In this document: positions 28,773 to 38,723 of the stretch, piece after piece
Position numbering within the stretch: the first letter of the stretch is position 1
Layout: every line of letters begins with the position of its first letter
Assembly (NCBI GenBank): GCA_965237735.1
Contig: CBDEFV010000007.1
Coordinates: forward strand, 143,305-207,304
Origin: Candidatus Porifericomitales bacterium
GTDB taxonomy: Bacteria; Pseudomonadota; Gammaproteobacteria; CBDEFV01
Reading direction: 5' to 3'
DNA length: 64,000 bases
Notes under the pieces: model-generated
Told to the model about the DNA's origin: nothing
Seen by the model: only the letters and a program-made list of their open reading frames with translations
Database searches by the model: none
Program-made: the position numbers and the translations under genes

Positions 28773-29990
28773 TCAAACCAGGCGGGCGCCGCCGACAAAG
28801 ACCGCTTCCACCGGGCTGTAATCGGAGGCCTCGCCCTCATCCGGCAGCGGCACTTCGGGGTCGAGGAGACAGAGGTCGGCGACGCCGCCGTCCTCGAGGC
28901 GGCCGACGTCCAGGCCGATCAGCGACGCCGGCCCGGCCGTGACACGCTGCAGGGTGCTGCCGAGCGGCAGATCGAGCTCGAGCCCGAGCTTCAGCATCAA
29001 CGGCAGCAGATCGGCAAAGGCCCGCATTCCCGCAGTCGTCGACTGGAACGGACGCAGCTTGGCATCGGCCGAACAGGGGCTGTGCCCCGAGCAGACCGCC
29101 TCGATCAGCCCCTCGGCGACCGCCGCTCGCAGGGCCCGCCGGTCCTCGACCGAGCGCAGCGGCGGGTGGGTGTGAAAGTGGCCGTCGAACAAAGCCAGCA
29201 CTTCATCGCTGAGAAAGAGATGATGAATGTCGACATCGGCCGTCACCGGCAGGCCGGCGCTGCGGGCGTGGCGCAGCACTTCGAGGCCGCGGGCGCTCGA
29301 CAGGCGCGAAAAATGCAGCCGGCAGCCCGTCTCACAGGCGAGTTCGACAGCGACCGCCATGGCCGCGCTCTCGGCGGCCACCGGGATGGTCGGCAGGCCG
29401 AGGCGCATCGCCATGTCTCCCTGATGAGCCGCGCCGCCGGCAGCGAGATCGGCCCAGGTCGGCTGCAGCACCACCGCCAGGCCGCAGTCGTTGGCACAGC
29501 GCATGGCATTGGCCAGCAGGCGCGGCGGCGGCAGGGGCCGATCGCCGTGGCTGAAGGCCGGACAACCGGCGGCGGCCAAGGCCTTCAGATCGGGCAGCCG
29601 CTCGCCCTTCAATCCTTCGGTCAGGGCGCCGTAGGGGCGCAGGCGGGCCCCGCCGGCATTGTCGGCGGTGTGCGTCAGCAATTCGACAGCCGCGCGCTCG
29701 TCGAGTGTGGAAAGTGAATCGGGGCCACAGCAGAAGGTCGTGATGCCGCCCCGCACCGCCGCCTGCATCTCGGCGGCGATCAGGTGCGATGAGGGCAGGC
29801 TGCCGAGACCGACATAGAGATCGACAAGACCCGGGCTCAGCGCCTTGCCGGCCCCTTCGATGACTTCGGCTTTTTTCTTCGCCGGCGCCGAAAAGCGGAC
29901 CTGGCCCTCATGTACCCAGATATCCCGCACCTCGCCATCGCCGCCATCGCCGCTGAAAACGCGGCTGCCTCTGATGTGCCAGGTTGTCAT
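28773..29990 (-). CDS. pyrC: Dihydroorotase-like protein (PyrC or the inactive PyrC' partner of aspartate carbamoyltransferase)
   Basis: Amidohydrolase fold. Sits immediately downstream of pyrB in a pyrR-pyrB-pyrC arrangement. Start placed at MTTWHIRGSRVF (29990); the 502-aa ORF-track version extends into the 167-bp repeat and is probably too long. Confidence 0.7.
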   Translation of the reverse strand: MTTWHIRGSRVFSGDGGDGEVRDIWVHEGQVRFSAPAKKKAEVIEGAGKALSPGLVDLYVGLGSLPSSHLIAAEMQAAVRGGITTFCCGPDSLSTLDERAAVELLTHTADNAGGARLRPYGALTEGLKGERLPDLKALAAAGCPAFSHGDRPLPPPRLLANAMRCANDCGLAVVLQPTWADLAAGGAAHQGDMAMRLGLPTIPVAAESAAMAVAVELACETGCRLHFSRLSSARGLEVLRHARSAGLPVTADVDIHHLFLSDEVLALFDGHFHTHPPLRSVEDRRALRAAVAEGLIEAVCSGHSPCSADAKLRPFQSTTAGMRAFADLLPLMLKLGLELDLPLGSTLQRVTAGPASLIGLDVGRLEDGGVADLCLLDPEVPLPDEGEASDYSPVEAVFVGGARLV

Positions 29991-30290
29991 TGGCCCTGCC
30001 CCGGCGACGCCGACAGAGCCGGCGGCGAACTCAGCGAGATTGCGGCAGCAGCCGTCATGAGAGCGCCCCTGTCCGGCGAGGCGGCGCCCCTGAAAATACG
30101 GCCATCGCCGCCACCGCCGCTGAAAACACGGCTGCCTCTGATGTGCCAGGTTGTCATTGGCCCTGCCCCGACGGCGCCGACAGAGTCGGCGGCGAACCCA
30201 GCGAGATTGCGGCGGCAGCCGACATGAGAGCGCCCCTGTCCGGCAAGGCGGCGTCCTTGAAAATACAGCCATCGCCGGCATCGCCCATCG
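29934..30290. repeat. Tandem duplication, 167 bp x ~2.1, spanning the pyrC 5' end and its upstream region
   Basis: Copy A (29934-30100) and copy B (30101-30267) are about 90% identical (gccatcgccgcca(t/c)cgccgctgaaaac..ctgatgtgccaggttgtcattggccctgcccc..), followed by a partial third copy. On the minus strand each copy encodes MTTWHIRGSRVFSG. Confidence 0.85.
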
Positions 30291-30296
30291 ACCTCG

Positions 30297-31286
30297 TCAT
30301 ATGTTTTCAGCCCCCAGTGGACCGGCCAGCGGGCCCGAGGGCGCGTTGCCGGCAATCAGCGAGATCGTCGCCATGCGAACGGCCACGCCCCATTCGACCT
30401 GACGCAGGATGGCCGAGCGGGGGCCGTCGGCGACGGCATCGTCGAGTTCGACGCCGCGGTTGATCGGCCCCGGGTGGAGCACTATGGCATCGGGCGCAGC
30501 GCGCTCAAGTCGTTTTTCCGTCAGGCCGTACTCGCGGTGAAATTCGCTGTTTCCCGACAGCAGTCCGCTCTCCATGCGCTCCTTCTGCAAGCGCAGGGCG
30601 ATGACCACATCGACCCCTTCGAGCCCTTCGTCGAGCGAAGTCATGCAGCGGCCGCCCAGCACTCGAGTCTCGGGCGGCACCAGAGTCGAGGGGCCGACCA
30701 GGCGCAGATCGGCGACGCCGAGGGCGTGAAAAATCTGAATCTGCGAGCGGGCCACGCGCGAGTGGAGGATGTCGCCGACAATGGCGATTCTGAGTCGCGC
30801 CAGATCGCCCTTGAGGCGGCGAATGGCATAGGCGTCGACCAGGGCCTGGGTCGGGTGCGAGTGGCAGCCGTCGCCGGCATTGATGACGCTGGCGTCGCCG
30901 TCGACCTGATTGGCGATGAAACGGGCCGCGCCGCCGTCGCCGTGGCGCACCACCAGCACGCGGCACTGCATGGCGATGATATTGCGCAGCATATCGAGCA
31001 ATCCCTCCCCCTTGACCAGAGCCGAGCGGGCGACGTCGACATGCAGGATATCAGCCGACAGCCGCTTGGCTGCGAGCTCAAAGGCCGTGCGCGTACGCGT
31101 GCTCGCTTCAAAGAACAGCATGGCGATGGTGCGCCCGCGCAGCAGGGGCACACTGCGCACCTCCTGGCTGCCGCGGAGAAAGGAATCGGCGGTCAGCAGC
31201 AACTTCTCGATCATGGGCCGCTCCATGCCGTCGATAGTCAGCAGGTGGCGCAGTTGCCTCTGGGGGCCCAGCTGAATATCGTTCAC
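30297..31286 (-). CDS. pyrB: Aspartate carbamoyltransferase catalytic subunit
   Basis: STRTRTAFELAAKRLSAD (carbamoyl-phosphate-binding STRTR) and HPTQAL..D motifs. 329 aa. Confidence 0.9.
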   Translation of the reverse strand: MNDIQLGPQRQLRHLLTIDGMERPMIEKLLLTADSFLRGSQEVRSVPLLRGRTIAMLFFEASTRTRTAFELAAKRLSADILHVDVARSALVKGEGLLDMLRNIIAMQCRVLVVRHGDGGAARFIANQVDGDASVINAGDGCHSHPTQALVDAYAIRRLKGDLARLRIAIVGDILHSRVARSQIQIFHALGVADLRLVGPSTLVPPETRVLGGRCMTSLDEGLEGVDVVIALRLQKERMESGLLSGNSEFHREYGLTEKRLERAAPDAIVLHPGPINRGVELDDAVADGPRSAILRQVEWGVAVRMATISLIAGNAPSGPLAGPLGAENI

Positions 31287-31807
31287 AACGGCGCCGACTC
31301 CACTTTTTTCAGCATCAGGCCGCCATCTTCAAGCTGGATCTGGTCGCCATCCGCCACTTCCAACTCCAGTCCCCAGACATCGGCGGCAACCGGCAACTGG
31401 CGCCCATCGCGCACCGCCAGCACCGCCAGCAGCACGGCCCGGGGGCGGCCGTAATCGAAAAGCTCGTTGATGGCGGCGCGCACCGTGCGGCCGGTGTAGA
31501 GCACATCGTCAACCAGAACCAGAGTGCGCCCCTCCACATCAAAGCCGATATCCGAGTCGCTGACACGCGGGTGCAGGCCGATGCGGGAAAAATCGTCGCG
31601 ATAGAAATGGATTCCAAGCTCGCCTGTGTCACGCTCGCCGCCGAAAAGCGGAGCGAGCCGCCGCATCACCTCGACGCCGCCGCGTCGGATGCCGACAAAA
31701 GCCGGGTTGTCGAAACCGCGCTTGTCCAGCCGCCGCTGCAGCCTCTGCCCCATATCGCCAAGGAGCTCCTCGACCCGCGCTTGATCGGCAATACAGCGCC
31801 CGTTCAC
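31283..31807 (-). CDS. pyrR: Bifunctional pyrimidine operon regulator / uracil phosphoribosyltransferase PyrR
   Basis: PRTase motif VLVDDVLYTGRTVRAAINEL. 174 aa. Overlaps the pyrB start by 4 nt. Confidence 0.85.
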   Translation of the reverse strand: MNGRCIADQARVEELLGDMGQRLQRRLDKRGFDNPAFVGIRRGGVEVMRRLAPLFGGERDTGELGIHFYRDDFSRIGLHPRVSDSDIGFDVEGRTLVLVDDVLYTGRTVRAAINELFDYGRPRAVLLAVLAVRDGRQLPVAADVWGLELEVADGDQIQLEDGGLMLKKVESAPL

Positions 31808-32289
31808 TAGGGCGAGTCCTGCTGTTCGAACCAGCGCTCGAGAATCAGGGTCGCGGCCAGGCCGTCAAAATAGTCGCGCCCCTTGGTGCGGCTGTGCCCC
31901 TGCTGACGGTTGTGCCTGTGGATATCGCGGGCGGAGCGGGTCGTGCCGCCCTCGTCGACGCGGTGTACCGGCAGCCCGTAACGGCGCTCGAGCTCGGCGG
32001 CAAAATCGAGGGCGCGGCGATCGACATCGCCTTCAGGGCCGGCGCCGGCCGCGCGGCCCTGCTGGCGGTCGTAGGGTACGCCGACGATCAGGGCCGCCGG
32101 CTGCCACTCGAGCAGGAGCTCGTCGAGTCCGTCCCACCAACCGTCGCTGCGGCGGTGCAGGGTCTTCAGGGGAGAACCTGTGGCCGAGACCGTCTGGCCG
32201 ACCGCGATGCCGAGCCGCCTGTCGCCGTAATCAAAAGACAGCAGGGCCGCCGGCGCACTGTCGCCAGCTCTGGCCCCCGCCTCAGGCAT
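31807..32289 (-). CDS. ruvX: Holliday-junction resolvase-like RuvX/YqgF
   Basis: LLSFDYGDRRLGIAVG (RuvX N-terminal catalytic motif). Start placed at MPEAG (32289), since the 220-aa ORF-track version is longer than typical RuvX. Confidence 0.75.
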   Translation of the reverse strand: MPEAGARAGDSAPAALLSFDYGDRRLGIAVGQTVSATGSPLKTLHRRSDGWWDGLDELLLEWQPAALIVGVPYDRQQGRAAGAGPEGDVDRRALDFAAELERRYGLPVHRVDEGGTTRSARDIHRHNRQQGHSRTKGRDYFDGLAATLILERWFEQQDSP

Positions 32290-32854
32290 GGCCACTGGAG
32301 GGGGAGAGCGAATTGAGGTCGACGCCGATTTTGTCGCTGACGGCCGCAAGCCGTTTGGAGCCGGGCGTGTCAAAGAGAATCTTCTGATCGGCCGGGCAGG
32401 TGAGCCAGGCATTCTGCAGCAGCTCCTGCTCCAATTGGCCCGCGCCCCAGCCGGAGTAGCCGAGTACAATCAGGTGTTTCTTCGGGCCCTTGCCACTGGC
32501 GATGGCGACGATGATGTCGCGCGAACTGGTGAAAGTGACGTCCTCATCGGTCTCGGCCGTCAGGTGCCACCTGTCCTTTGCACTGCGCGGATGGAGCACG
32601 AAGCCGCAGTCAGGGCGCACCGGGCCGCCGATCCAGACGGCCTCATCGACGATCTTGTCGATGTCGATCATTTCCTCGATGCGGGTCTGCTGCAAAATCT
32701 CCTTGAAGGAACTGCTCGACCGGCGGTTGACGATCAGGCCAAAGGCCCCCTCTCTGTCGTGGCGGCAGACGTAGATCAAACTTTTGGCGAACCAGTTATG
32801 CGAGGTCGAGGGCACGGCCAGCAGAAAGGAATGGGTCAGGTTGATCTCGCTCAT
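32282..32854 (-). CDS. yqgE: YqgE/AlgH family protein (UPF0301)
   Basis: MSEINLTHSFLLAVP...AFGLIVNRR matches the YqgE/AlgH N-terminus. It is upstream of ruvX, as in many bacteria. Confidence 0.75.
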   Translation of the reverse strand: MSEINLTHSFLLAVPSTSHNWFAKSLIYVCRHDREGAFGLIVNRRSSSSFKEILQQTRIEEMIDIDKIVDEAVWIGGPVRPDCGFVLHPRSAKDRWHLTAETDEDVTFTSSRDIIVAIASGKGPKKHLIVLGYSGWGAGQLEQELLQNAWLTCPADQKILFDTPGSKRLAAVSDKIGVDLNSLSPSSGHA

Positions 32855-32965
32855 AAAAGGCCTGCCCCCGGTCGCCGGAGAAACCTGCAAAAAAGCAGAG
32901 GCCGAAGGTGCCCAACCGTCTGCAGGTGTTCGCCGATGCCCGATTTCACAGGGGACCGCCGCCGG

Positions 32966-33262
32966 CTAGTGCTTGTTGTCGAGTGCCGCACGGGCCGCCA
33001 ACTGCTCTCTGCTGGCCTCGGCCTGATAGCGCTTTTTCCACTCGCTGTAGGGCATGCCGTACACCTGTTCGCGGGCCTGCTCGTAATCGACCTCAAGCGA
33101 ATGCTCAGCCGCGGCCTCGCTGTACCAGTGGGCCAGGCAGTTGCGGCAAAAATTGGCGAGGTTCATCAGATCAATGTTCTGCACCCCCGTCTCTCTACGC
33201 AAATGGGAGACCAGGCGGCGGTATACGGCAGCCTCGATCTCGGTGCGGGTTTTGGTGTCCAT
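32966..33262 (-). CDS. DUF1244 family protein
   Basis: 98 aa with the FCRNCLAHWY motif characteristic of DUF1244. Confidence 0.55.
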   Translation of the reverse strand: MDTKTRTEIEAAVYRRLVSHLRRETGVQNIDLMNLANFCRNCLAHWYSEAAAEHSLEVDYEQAREQVYGMPYSEWKKRYQAEASREQLAARAALDNKH

Positions 33263-33466
33263 AAGGCAAAAAATTCAGTGAAAACAGGCTTGCTTTATTG
33301 CTATTCTAGCAGAAAAACCTTTTTTATGTGTCTACAATTGTCTTCGCAGTGCCCGGGCGGCGGACAATTCTTTTTGTCCATGCGATAATAACCAATCCGA
33401 GCCGCAACTGCCGCCCGCAACTGCTCTCGCGCCTTTTAATGAAACACCTTTCGCCGGAACTCCATC

Positions 33467-34976
33467 TTGCCCGACAACTACATTGAAAAAATCCTCCGCG
33501 CCCGCGTCTACGAGGTTGCCCGCGAGACGCCGCTGTTCAAGGCCCGCGGGTTGTCGCGCAGCCTCGGCAACCGCGTGCTGCTGAAGCGCGAGGACCTGCA
33601 GGAAAACTTCTCCTTCAAGTGCCGCGGCGCCTACAACCGCCTGTTTCATCTGACGACCAGGGGCAAGGTCGGGGCCGTGGTCGCCGCCTCGGCCGGCAAC
33701 CACGCCCAGGGCGTGGCGCTCGCGGCCCAGCGCCTCGGCATCAGGGCCCACATCTACATGCCGCTGACCACTCCCTCGATCAAGGTCGAGGCCGTCAAGC
33801 GGCTCGGCGGCCGGGTCCAACTCATCGGCGACGGCTATGAGGAGGCCGCCCGCGCCGCCCGCGAGTTTGCCGACGACAAGGGTTACGAGCCTGATTCATC
33901 CTTTCAACGACGCCGACACCATCGCCGGCCAGGGCACCATCGGCATGGAGATCTGCCGCCAGTGCCCCGACCGGCTCGACGCCGTCTTCGTGCCCATCGG
34001 CGGCGGCGGTCTTGCCGCCGGCATCGCCACCTACATCAAATACCTGCGGCCCGAAGTGCGCATGATCGGCGTCGAGGCCGAGGACAGCGCCTCCATGAAA
34101 CTGGCCTTCGAGCGCGGCGGGCCGGCCGAACTCGATCAGGTCGGCAACTTTGCCGAGGGCGTCGCCGTGCGCCGGGTCGGCAGCGAGGCCTACCGCCTGT
34201 GCCGCCAGCACCTTGACGAGATTCTGCTGGTGTCGGTCGATCGCATGTGCGCCGCCATCAAGGATGTGTTCGAAGACACCCGCTCGCTCATGGAACCTTC
34301 GGGGGCCCTGTCCGTTGCCGGCCTCAAAATCTGGGCCGAAGAAAACCAGGCCAAGGGGCAGACTCTGGCCGCTGTCCTGACCGGCGCCAATGTCAACTTC
34401 GACCGCCTGCGCCACATCGCCGAGCGGGCCGAGATCGGCGAAAACCGCGAGGCGCTGCTGGCCGTCACCCTGGCGGAAAAGCCGGGCAGCTTCCGCGGTC
34501 TGATTCGCAACCTCGGCAAGCGCTCAATCACCGAGTTCAACTACCGCTACGCCGACAGAGACGAGGCCAAGGTGTTCGTCGGCATCGGCGTTGCCCGCTC
34601 CGATCTCGGGCCCGTGCTCGACAAACTGCGCGCTGGCGGCTACCCGGTCGAGGACCTGACCGACAACGACATGGCCAAGATCCATGTGCGTTACATGATC
34701 GGCGGCCGCGCCCTTCGGGTCGAGAACGAGCATCTCTTCCGCTTTACCTTCCCCGAGCGCCCCGGCGCGCTCCTCGATTTTCTCAACTCCATCGGCACCG
34801 ACTGGAACATCAGCCTGTTCCACTACCGCAACCACGGCGACGCCTACGGTCGCGTGCTGGCCGGCGTGCAGATCCCCGAGGACGAACTGCCGCGGGCGCG
34901 CTCACACTTCGACAACCTCCACTACGCCTACCAGGAGGAGACAGACAACCCGGCCTACCGCGCCTTCCTGCTGTAA
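33467..34976 (+). pseudogene. ilvA: Threonine ammonia-lyase (biosynthetic IlvA with C-terminal regulatory domains), disrupted by a single-base frameshift near 33888
   Basis: The N-terminal part (33467..) has FKCRGAYN (PLP lysine) and GNHAQGVALAA. After ..ADDKGYEP the frame changes, and LIHPFNDADTIAGQGTIGMEI..PIGGGGL continues in the frame of ORF 33837..34976. The break maps to gagcctgattcat, where one C appears to be missing. Confidence 0.8.
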
Positions 34977-35055
34977 AGGCCGCCGCCGTGAATCTCCTGC
35001 GCCCGCTGGCGGCAGACCCCTGCCGCACCCAGATGACAAAGGCCTCCGACCCGGC

Positions 35056-36006
35056 ATGCGGGCGGCCTCAATGAAGTCGCTGTCGAACCACGCCCGCGGA
35101 GTGCTGCTGGCCGTCATCGGCATTACCCTGCTGTCGCCCGATTCGCTGCTGATCCGGCTGATGGAGGCGACCGACATGACCGTGCTGGTGCTGCGCGGCG
35201 TTTTCGCCACCACCATGCTCGTGATCCTCTGGTGGTGGGTGCGCCGCCGCGACCAGCGCCCGGGCGCCGCCGGCAAACTCTCTGAGCGAAGCGCCGGCGA
35301 CCGCCGCGCTGAAATCATATACGCCCTGATCTGGGCGCTGGGGGCGGCCTGTTTTGTCACCTCCATCCGGCACACGCTCGTCGCCAACACTCTCATCATC
35401 CTCGCCCTGATTCCGCTTTTCGCCGCCGTCATCGCCGTCTTCTGGCTGCGCGAGTCACCGAGGCCGCACACCTGGCTCGTGATCATCGGCTGCCTGCTGT
35501 CGGTCTCCCTGATCTTCGGCGTCGATCTCAACAGCGGGCACTTCTTCGGCGACGCCTTTGCCCTTGCCGCCGCTGTGCTGCTCGCCTTCAACTTCTGCAT
35601 CCTGCGCCGCCGCCCCCGGCTCAGCCCCGTGCGCGGCCTGATGTATGGCGGCCTCTTCTCGACCTTCATCGCCCTGCCTTTGGCCGACCTGTCATCGATC
35701 GTCCCTCTCGACTACATCTACGGCTCCCTCCTCGGCGGCATCATCGTGCCCTTCTCTTTTCTGCTGCTGAGCTTCTCCTGCCGCCTGATCCAGCCGGCTG
35801 AAGTCGGGCTCATCATGCTGCTCGAGATGCTCATTGCGCCGCTCATGGTCTGGGCCGTGATCGGCGAGGTGCCGGAGCTCCTCGTAGTCGTCGCCGGCGT
35901 CCTCATCCTGGTGCTGCTCGCCCTCGATTCCTGGCTGACGCTGCGGCAGAGGCAACAGCCTCCTCCCCTCCCGGCCCGAGCCGAACTGGGGGACCAGAGC
36001 GGGTAG
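35056..36006 (+). CDS. EamA/DMT-family transporter, paralog 1
   Basis: 10-TM drug/metabolite transporter pattern; all three paralogs share TLVANTLIILALIPLFAAVIAVFWLRE. Confidence 0.75.
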   Translation: MRAASMKSLSNHARGVLLAVIGITLLSPDSLLIRLMEATDMTVLVLRGVFATTMLVILWWWVRRRDQRPGAAGKLSERSAGDRRAEIIYALIWALGAACFVTSIRHTLVANTLIILALIPLFAAVIAVFWLRESPRPHTWLVIIGCLLSVSLIFGVDLNSGHFFGDAFALAAAVLLAFNFCILRRRPRLSPVRGLMYGGLFSTFIALPLADLSSIVPLDYIYGSLLGGIIVPFSFLLLSFSCRLIQPAEVGLIMLLEMLIAPLMVWAVIGEVPELLVVVAGVLILVLLALDSWLTLRQRQQPPPLPARAELGDQSG

Positions 36007-36010
36007 CCCC

Positions 36011-36922
36011 TTGCGCCTTTCGCCCCACGCTTACGGCCTGCTGCTCGGCATCATTGGCATCCTCCTGCTCTCGCCGAGCGCGCTGCTGCTGCGCCTGATC
36101 GAGGCTCCGACCATGACCGTCACCTTCCTGCGCGGCGCCCCTTTGGTGCTCGCTTTTGGCGCACTCTGGCTGTGGCTGCGCCATCGCGACGGCGGCAAAC
36201 CGGGCGGCCTGTCGGCGCGCACCGAGGCCGACCGCTGGGCCGAGCTGGTCTTCGGCATCTTCTGGGGGGCAGCGGCCACGCTGTTCATCTTCTCGATTCA
36301 GTACACCTACATCGCCAACACACTCATCATTTTCGCGCTGATCCCGCTCAACGCCGCCATCATCGCCATTTTCTGGCTGCGCGAATTCCCGCCGATTCAC
36401 ACCTGGCTCACCACCATCGGCTGCCTTTCGGCCGTGATCTTCATCTTCGGCTTCGATTTCAACACCGCCCACCTCCTCGGCGACATCCTCAGTTTCATCG
36501 CCACCCTCTTCGTCGGCTTCAACCTCTGCCTGCTTCGGCGATACCCGCGCATCAACGCCATCCGCGCCTTCTTCCACAGCAGCCTCTTCATCGCCTTCCT
36601 CTCGCTGCCGTTCGCCGATTTCGCCTCCATCTCGCTCCTCGACTGCCTCTACGCCGCCCTGCTCGGCTTCGCTCTCTCGCCCCCGGGCTACTTCCTCATC
36701 TGCTATTCCTGCCGCTTCCTGCAATCGCCCGAAGTCGGCCTCATCATCCTGCTCGAGGTGCCTCTCGGCACTCTCCTCGCCTGGGCTGTCATCAGCGAGG
36801 TTCCCGAGACTCCCATCATCCTCTCCGGCGCCGTCGTCATGTCGCTGCTGACCCTCAACTTCTGGCTCTCCCTGCGGCGAAATCGCCTGGCCCCGGCCCT
36901 TGCCAGTCACGGACACCCCTGA
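36011..36922 (+). CDS. EamA/DMT-family transporter, paralog 2
   Basis: About 50-60% identical to paralog 1. Apparent TTG start. Confidence 0.7.
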   Translation: MRLSPHAYGLLLGIIGILLLSPSALLLRLIEAPTMTVTFLRGAPLVLAFGALWLWLRHRDGGKPGGLSARTEADRWAELVFGIFWGAAATLFIFSIQYTYIANTLIIFALIPLNAAIIAIFWLREFPPIHTWLTTIGCLSAVIFIFGFDFNTAHLLGDILSFIATLFVGFNLCLLRRYPRINAIRAFFHSSLFIAFLSLPFADFASISLLDCLYAALLGFALSPPGYFLICYSCRFLQSPEVGLIILLEVPLGTLLAWAVISEVPETPIILSGAVVMSLLTLNFWLSLRRNRLAPALASHGHP

Positions 36923-37074
36923 GGGCCGCGCCTTGAACCTGCCTCATCCCGTCCAGAGCGCAACGAGCCCTCGCCGGGCCCCGTCGTTTCGCTCCTGAAT
37001 CCCGGCGAATCGCCCGCCCTTAACTGCCAACTCCCACATTAATTGATGATTGTCGGATCTCTGAGGCCCGCACC

Positions 37075-37975
37075 TTGAGCGAACCCTTCCGCCCGCGCCT
37101 ATCGGTTCATGTCCTGGGGTTGATTTTCGGCATCGGCGGCATCCTGCTGCTGTCGCCGGCCACTCTACTGCTGCGCCTGATCGACACGCCCGAGATGACC
37201 GTCGTCTTCGTCCGCGGCATCTTCGCCTTCGCCACCCTCGCCGCCATCTGGCTATGGCTCCGCCGCCGCGACGGCAACCGACCCGGCGGACTCGCGGACC
37301 GCTCCCCCGCCGACCGCCGCGTCGAGTTGATTTTCGCCGCCGTCTGGGGTCTTTCGGCCGTGCTGTTCATCGCCGCCATCGAGCGCACCCTCGTCGCCAA
37401 CGCCCTCATTATCTTCGCCCTGATTCCTCTCTGCGCCGCGGTCGTCGCCTTCCTCTGGCTACGCGAATCGCCCCCGCTCCACACCTGGCTGGTGATTCTC
37501 GGCTGCCTCCTGGCCCTCCTTTTCATCTTCGGCATCGACCTCGGCAGCAGCCATCTGCTCGGCGATCTCTTCTCCTTCGCCGCCGCCCTGCTCCTCGGCT
37601 TCAACTTCTGCCTGCTGCGCCGCCACCCGCGTCTCAACCTCGTGCGCGGCCTGCTGTTCGGCACCCTCCTCATGGACGCTGATCGCGCTGCCCTTCGTCG
37701 ACTTCGCCTCGGTCTCCGCCAGCGACGCCCTCTTCGGCGCCCTGCTCGGCATGATCGTCACCCCCAGCGCCTACCTCCTCATCAACCACTCCTGCCGCTT
37801 CCTGCAACCGGCCGAAACCGGCCTCATCATGCTGCTGGAAATGCCCCTCGGCCCCCTCCTCGTCTGGGCCTTTCTCGGCGAGGAACCCAAGAGCGCGATC
37901 ATCCTCGCCGGCATCGTCATCCTGGGGCTTCTGATCCTCAATTTCGGATTGTCACTGCGCCAGGGGCGATTCTAA
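37075..37975 (+). pseudogene. EamA/DMT-family transporter, paralog 3, with a frameshift near 37672
   Basis: The N-terminal 200 aa are in one frame (..GLLFGTLL). The C-terminal IALPFVDFASVSASDALFGALLGMIVTPSAYLLINHSCRFLQPAETGLIMLLEMPLGPLLVWAFLGE is in another (ORF 37751..37975 and upstream). The break is in the ctcctc run. Confidence 0.7.
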
Positions 37976-38179
37976 AAAGACCTTGGATCAAGAAAGAATT
38001 TACCAAGCCTGCTGCTGTGTCCAAATCAATCGCTGAAAGCACAAAAGCTTGCGCATCAAAATATGGAGAACAACCATCAGAGGGGCGCAACTATCAGAAG
38101 GTGATAGCATGGAGAATCAAAGCCTTAGAAGAACTATAGACTAGACTTCTTTACGTAAATTCTGATATAATACGAAATC

Positions 38180-38458
38180 ATGAGTAACCAATTCTACCCT
38201 GGCTTGACTCCAGCACAGGTTCAGCAAATTCTTGAAACTGTCAAGGAAAATGCTAAAAATGCCCCCCGGGCTGTTGATGCTGCACACAGCATTGACCTTG
38301 CGTCTCTTATGCCGATAAAGCGAAGAGTGCTTTCCCAATCTATGCGCATGACCATTGCCGATCAGATGAAACGAGAAATGCTCCTTCAACTTTTGGGCAC
38401 GGCTAATCTCCAGCAGCTACCTGGCCCAACGGCGAATCGAAAGCGATCAGTTGCTTAG
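38180..38458 (+). CDS. Hypothetical small protein
   Basis: 92-aa ORF in a low-GC region at the left edge of the island. No recognisable motif. Confidence 0.3.
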   Translation: MSNQFYPGLTPAQVQQILETVKENAKNAPRAVDAAHSIDLASLMPIKRRVLSQSMRMTIADQMKREMLLQLLGTANLQQLPGPTANRKRSVA

Positions 38459-38723
38459 CATGGCAGTGAAGCAAAAGATGCCTTCTTGGCCTTTGACCGC
38501 TTCCAAGAGATCACTATAGCCTTGAAATGAGCATTTCACGAAGAGGCTGGAGCCCCTAAGATCCTAAAGCAGATAATGCCATTACTAGCCGGAGAAACGT
38601 TATACGGCTAGAATCGGAAATGTGCACTTACATGACTAAAGCTACTGGTCTCCATAGCAACAACTGATGGCCTGTACACACTGTTAAAAAAGCAACTTTA
38701 GAAAATCTACCATCAATTCAATC

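Noticed and set aside
28773-30281. 502-aa version of the dihydroorotase-like ORF with a long Arg-rich N-terminal extension.
   Set aside because: The extension is produced by reading through the 167-bp tandem duplication upstream of the real MTTWHIRG start. Homologous enzymes are ~400-430 aa.
31810-31900. Possible PyrR-binding attenuator RNA upstream of pyrR.
   Set aside because: ruvX ends at 31807, directly abutting pyrR, which leaves no leader of adequate length. No conserved PyrR-box hairpin was recognised by eye.
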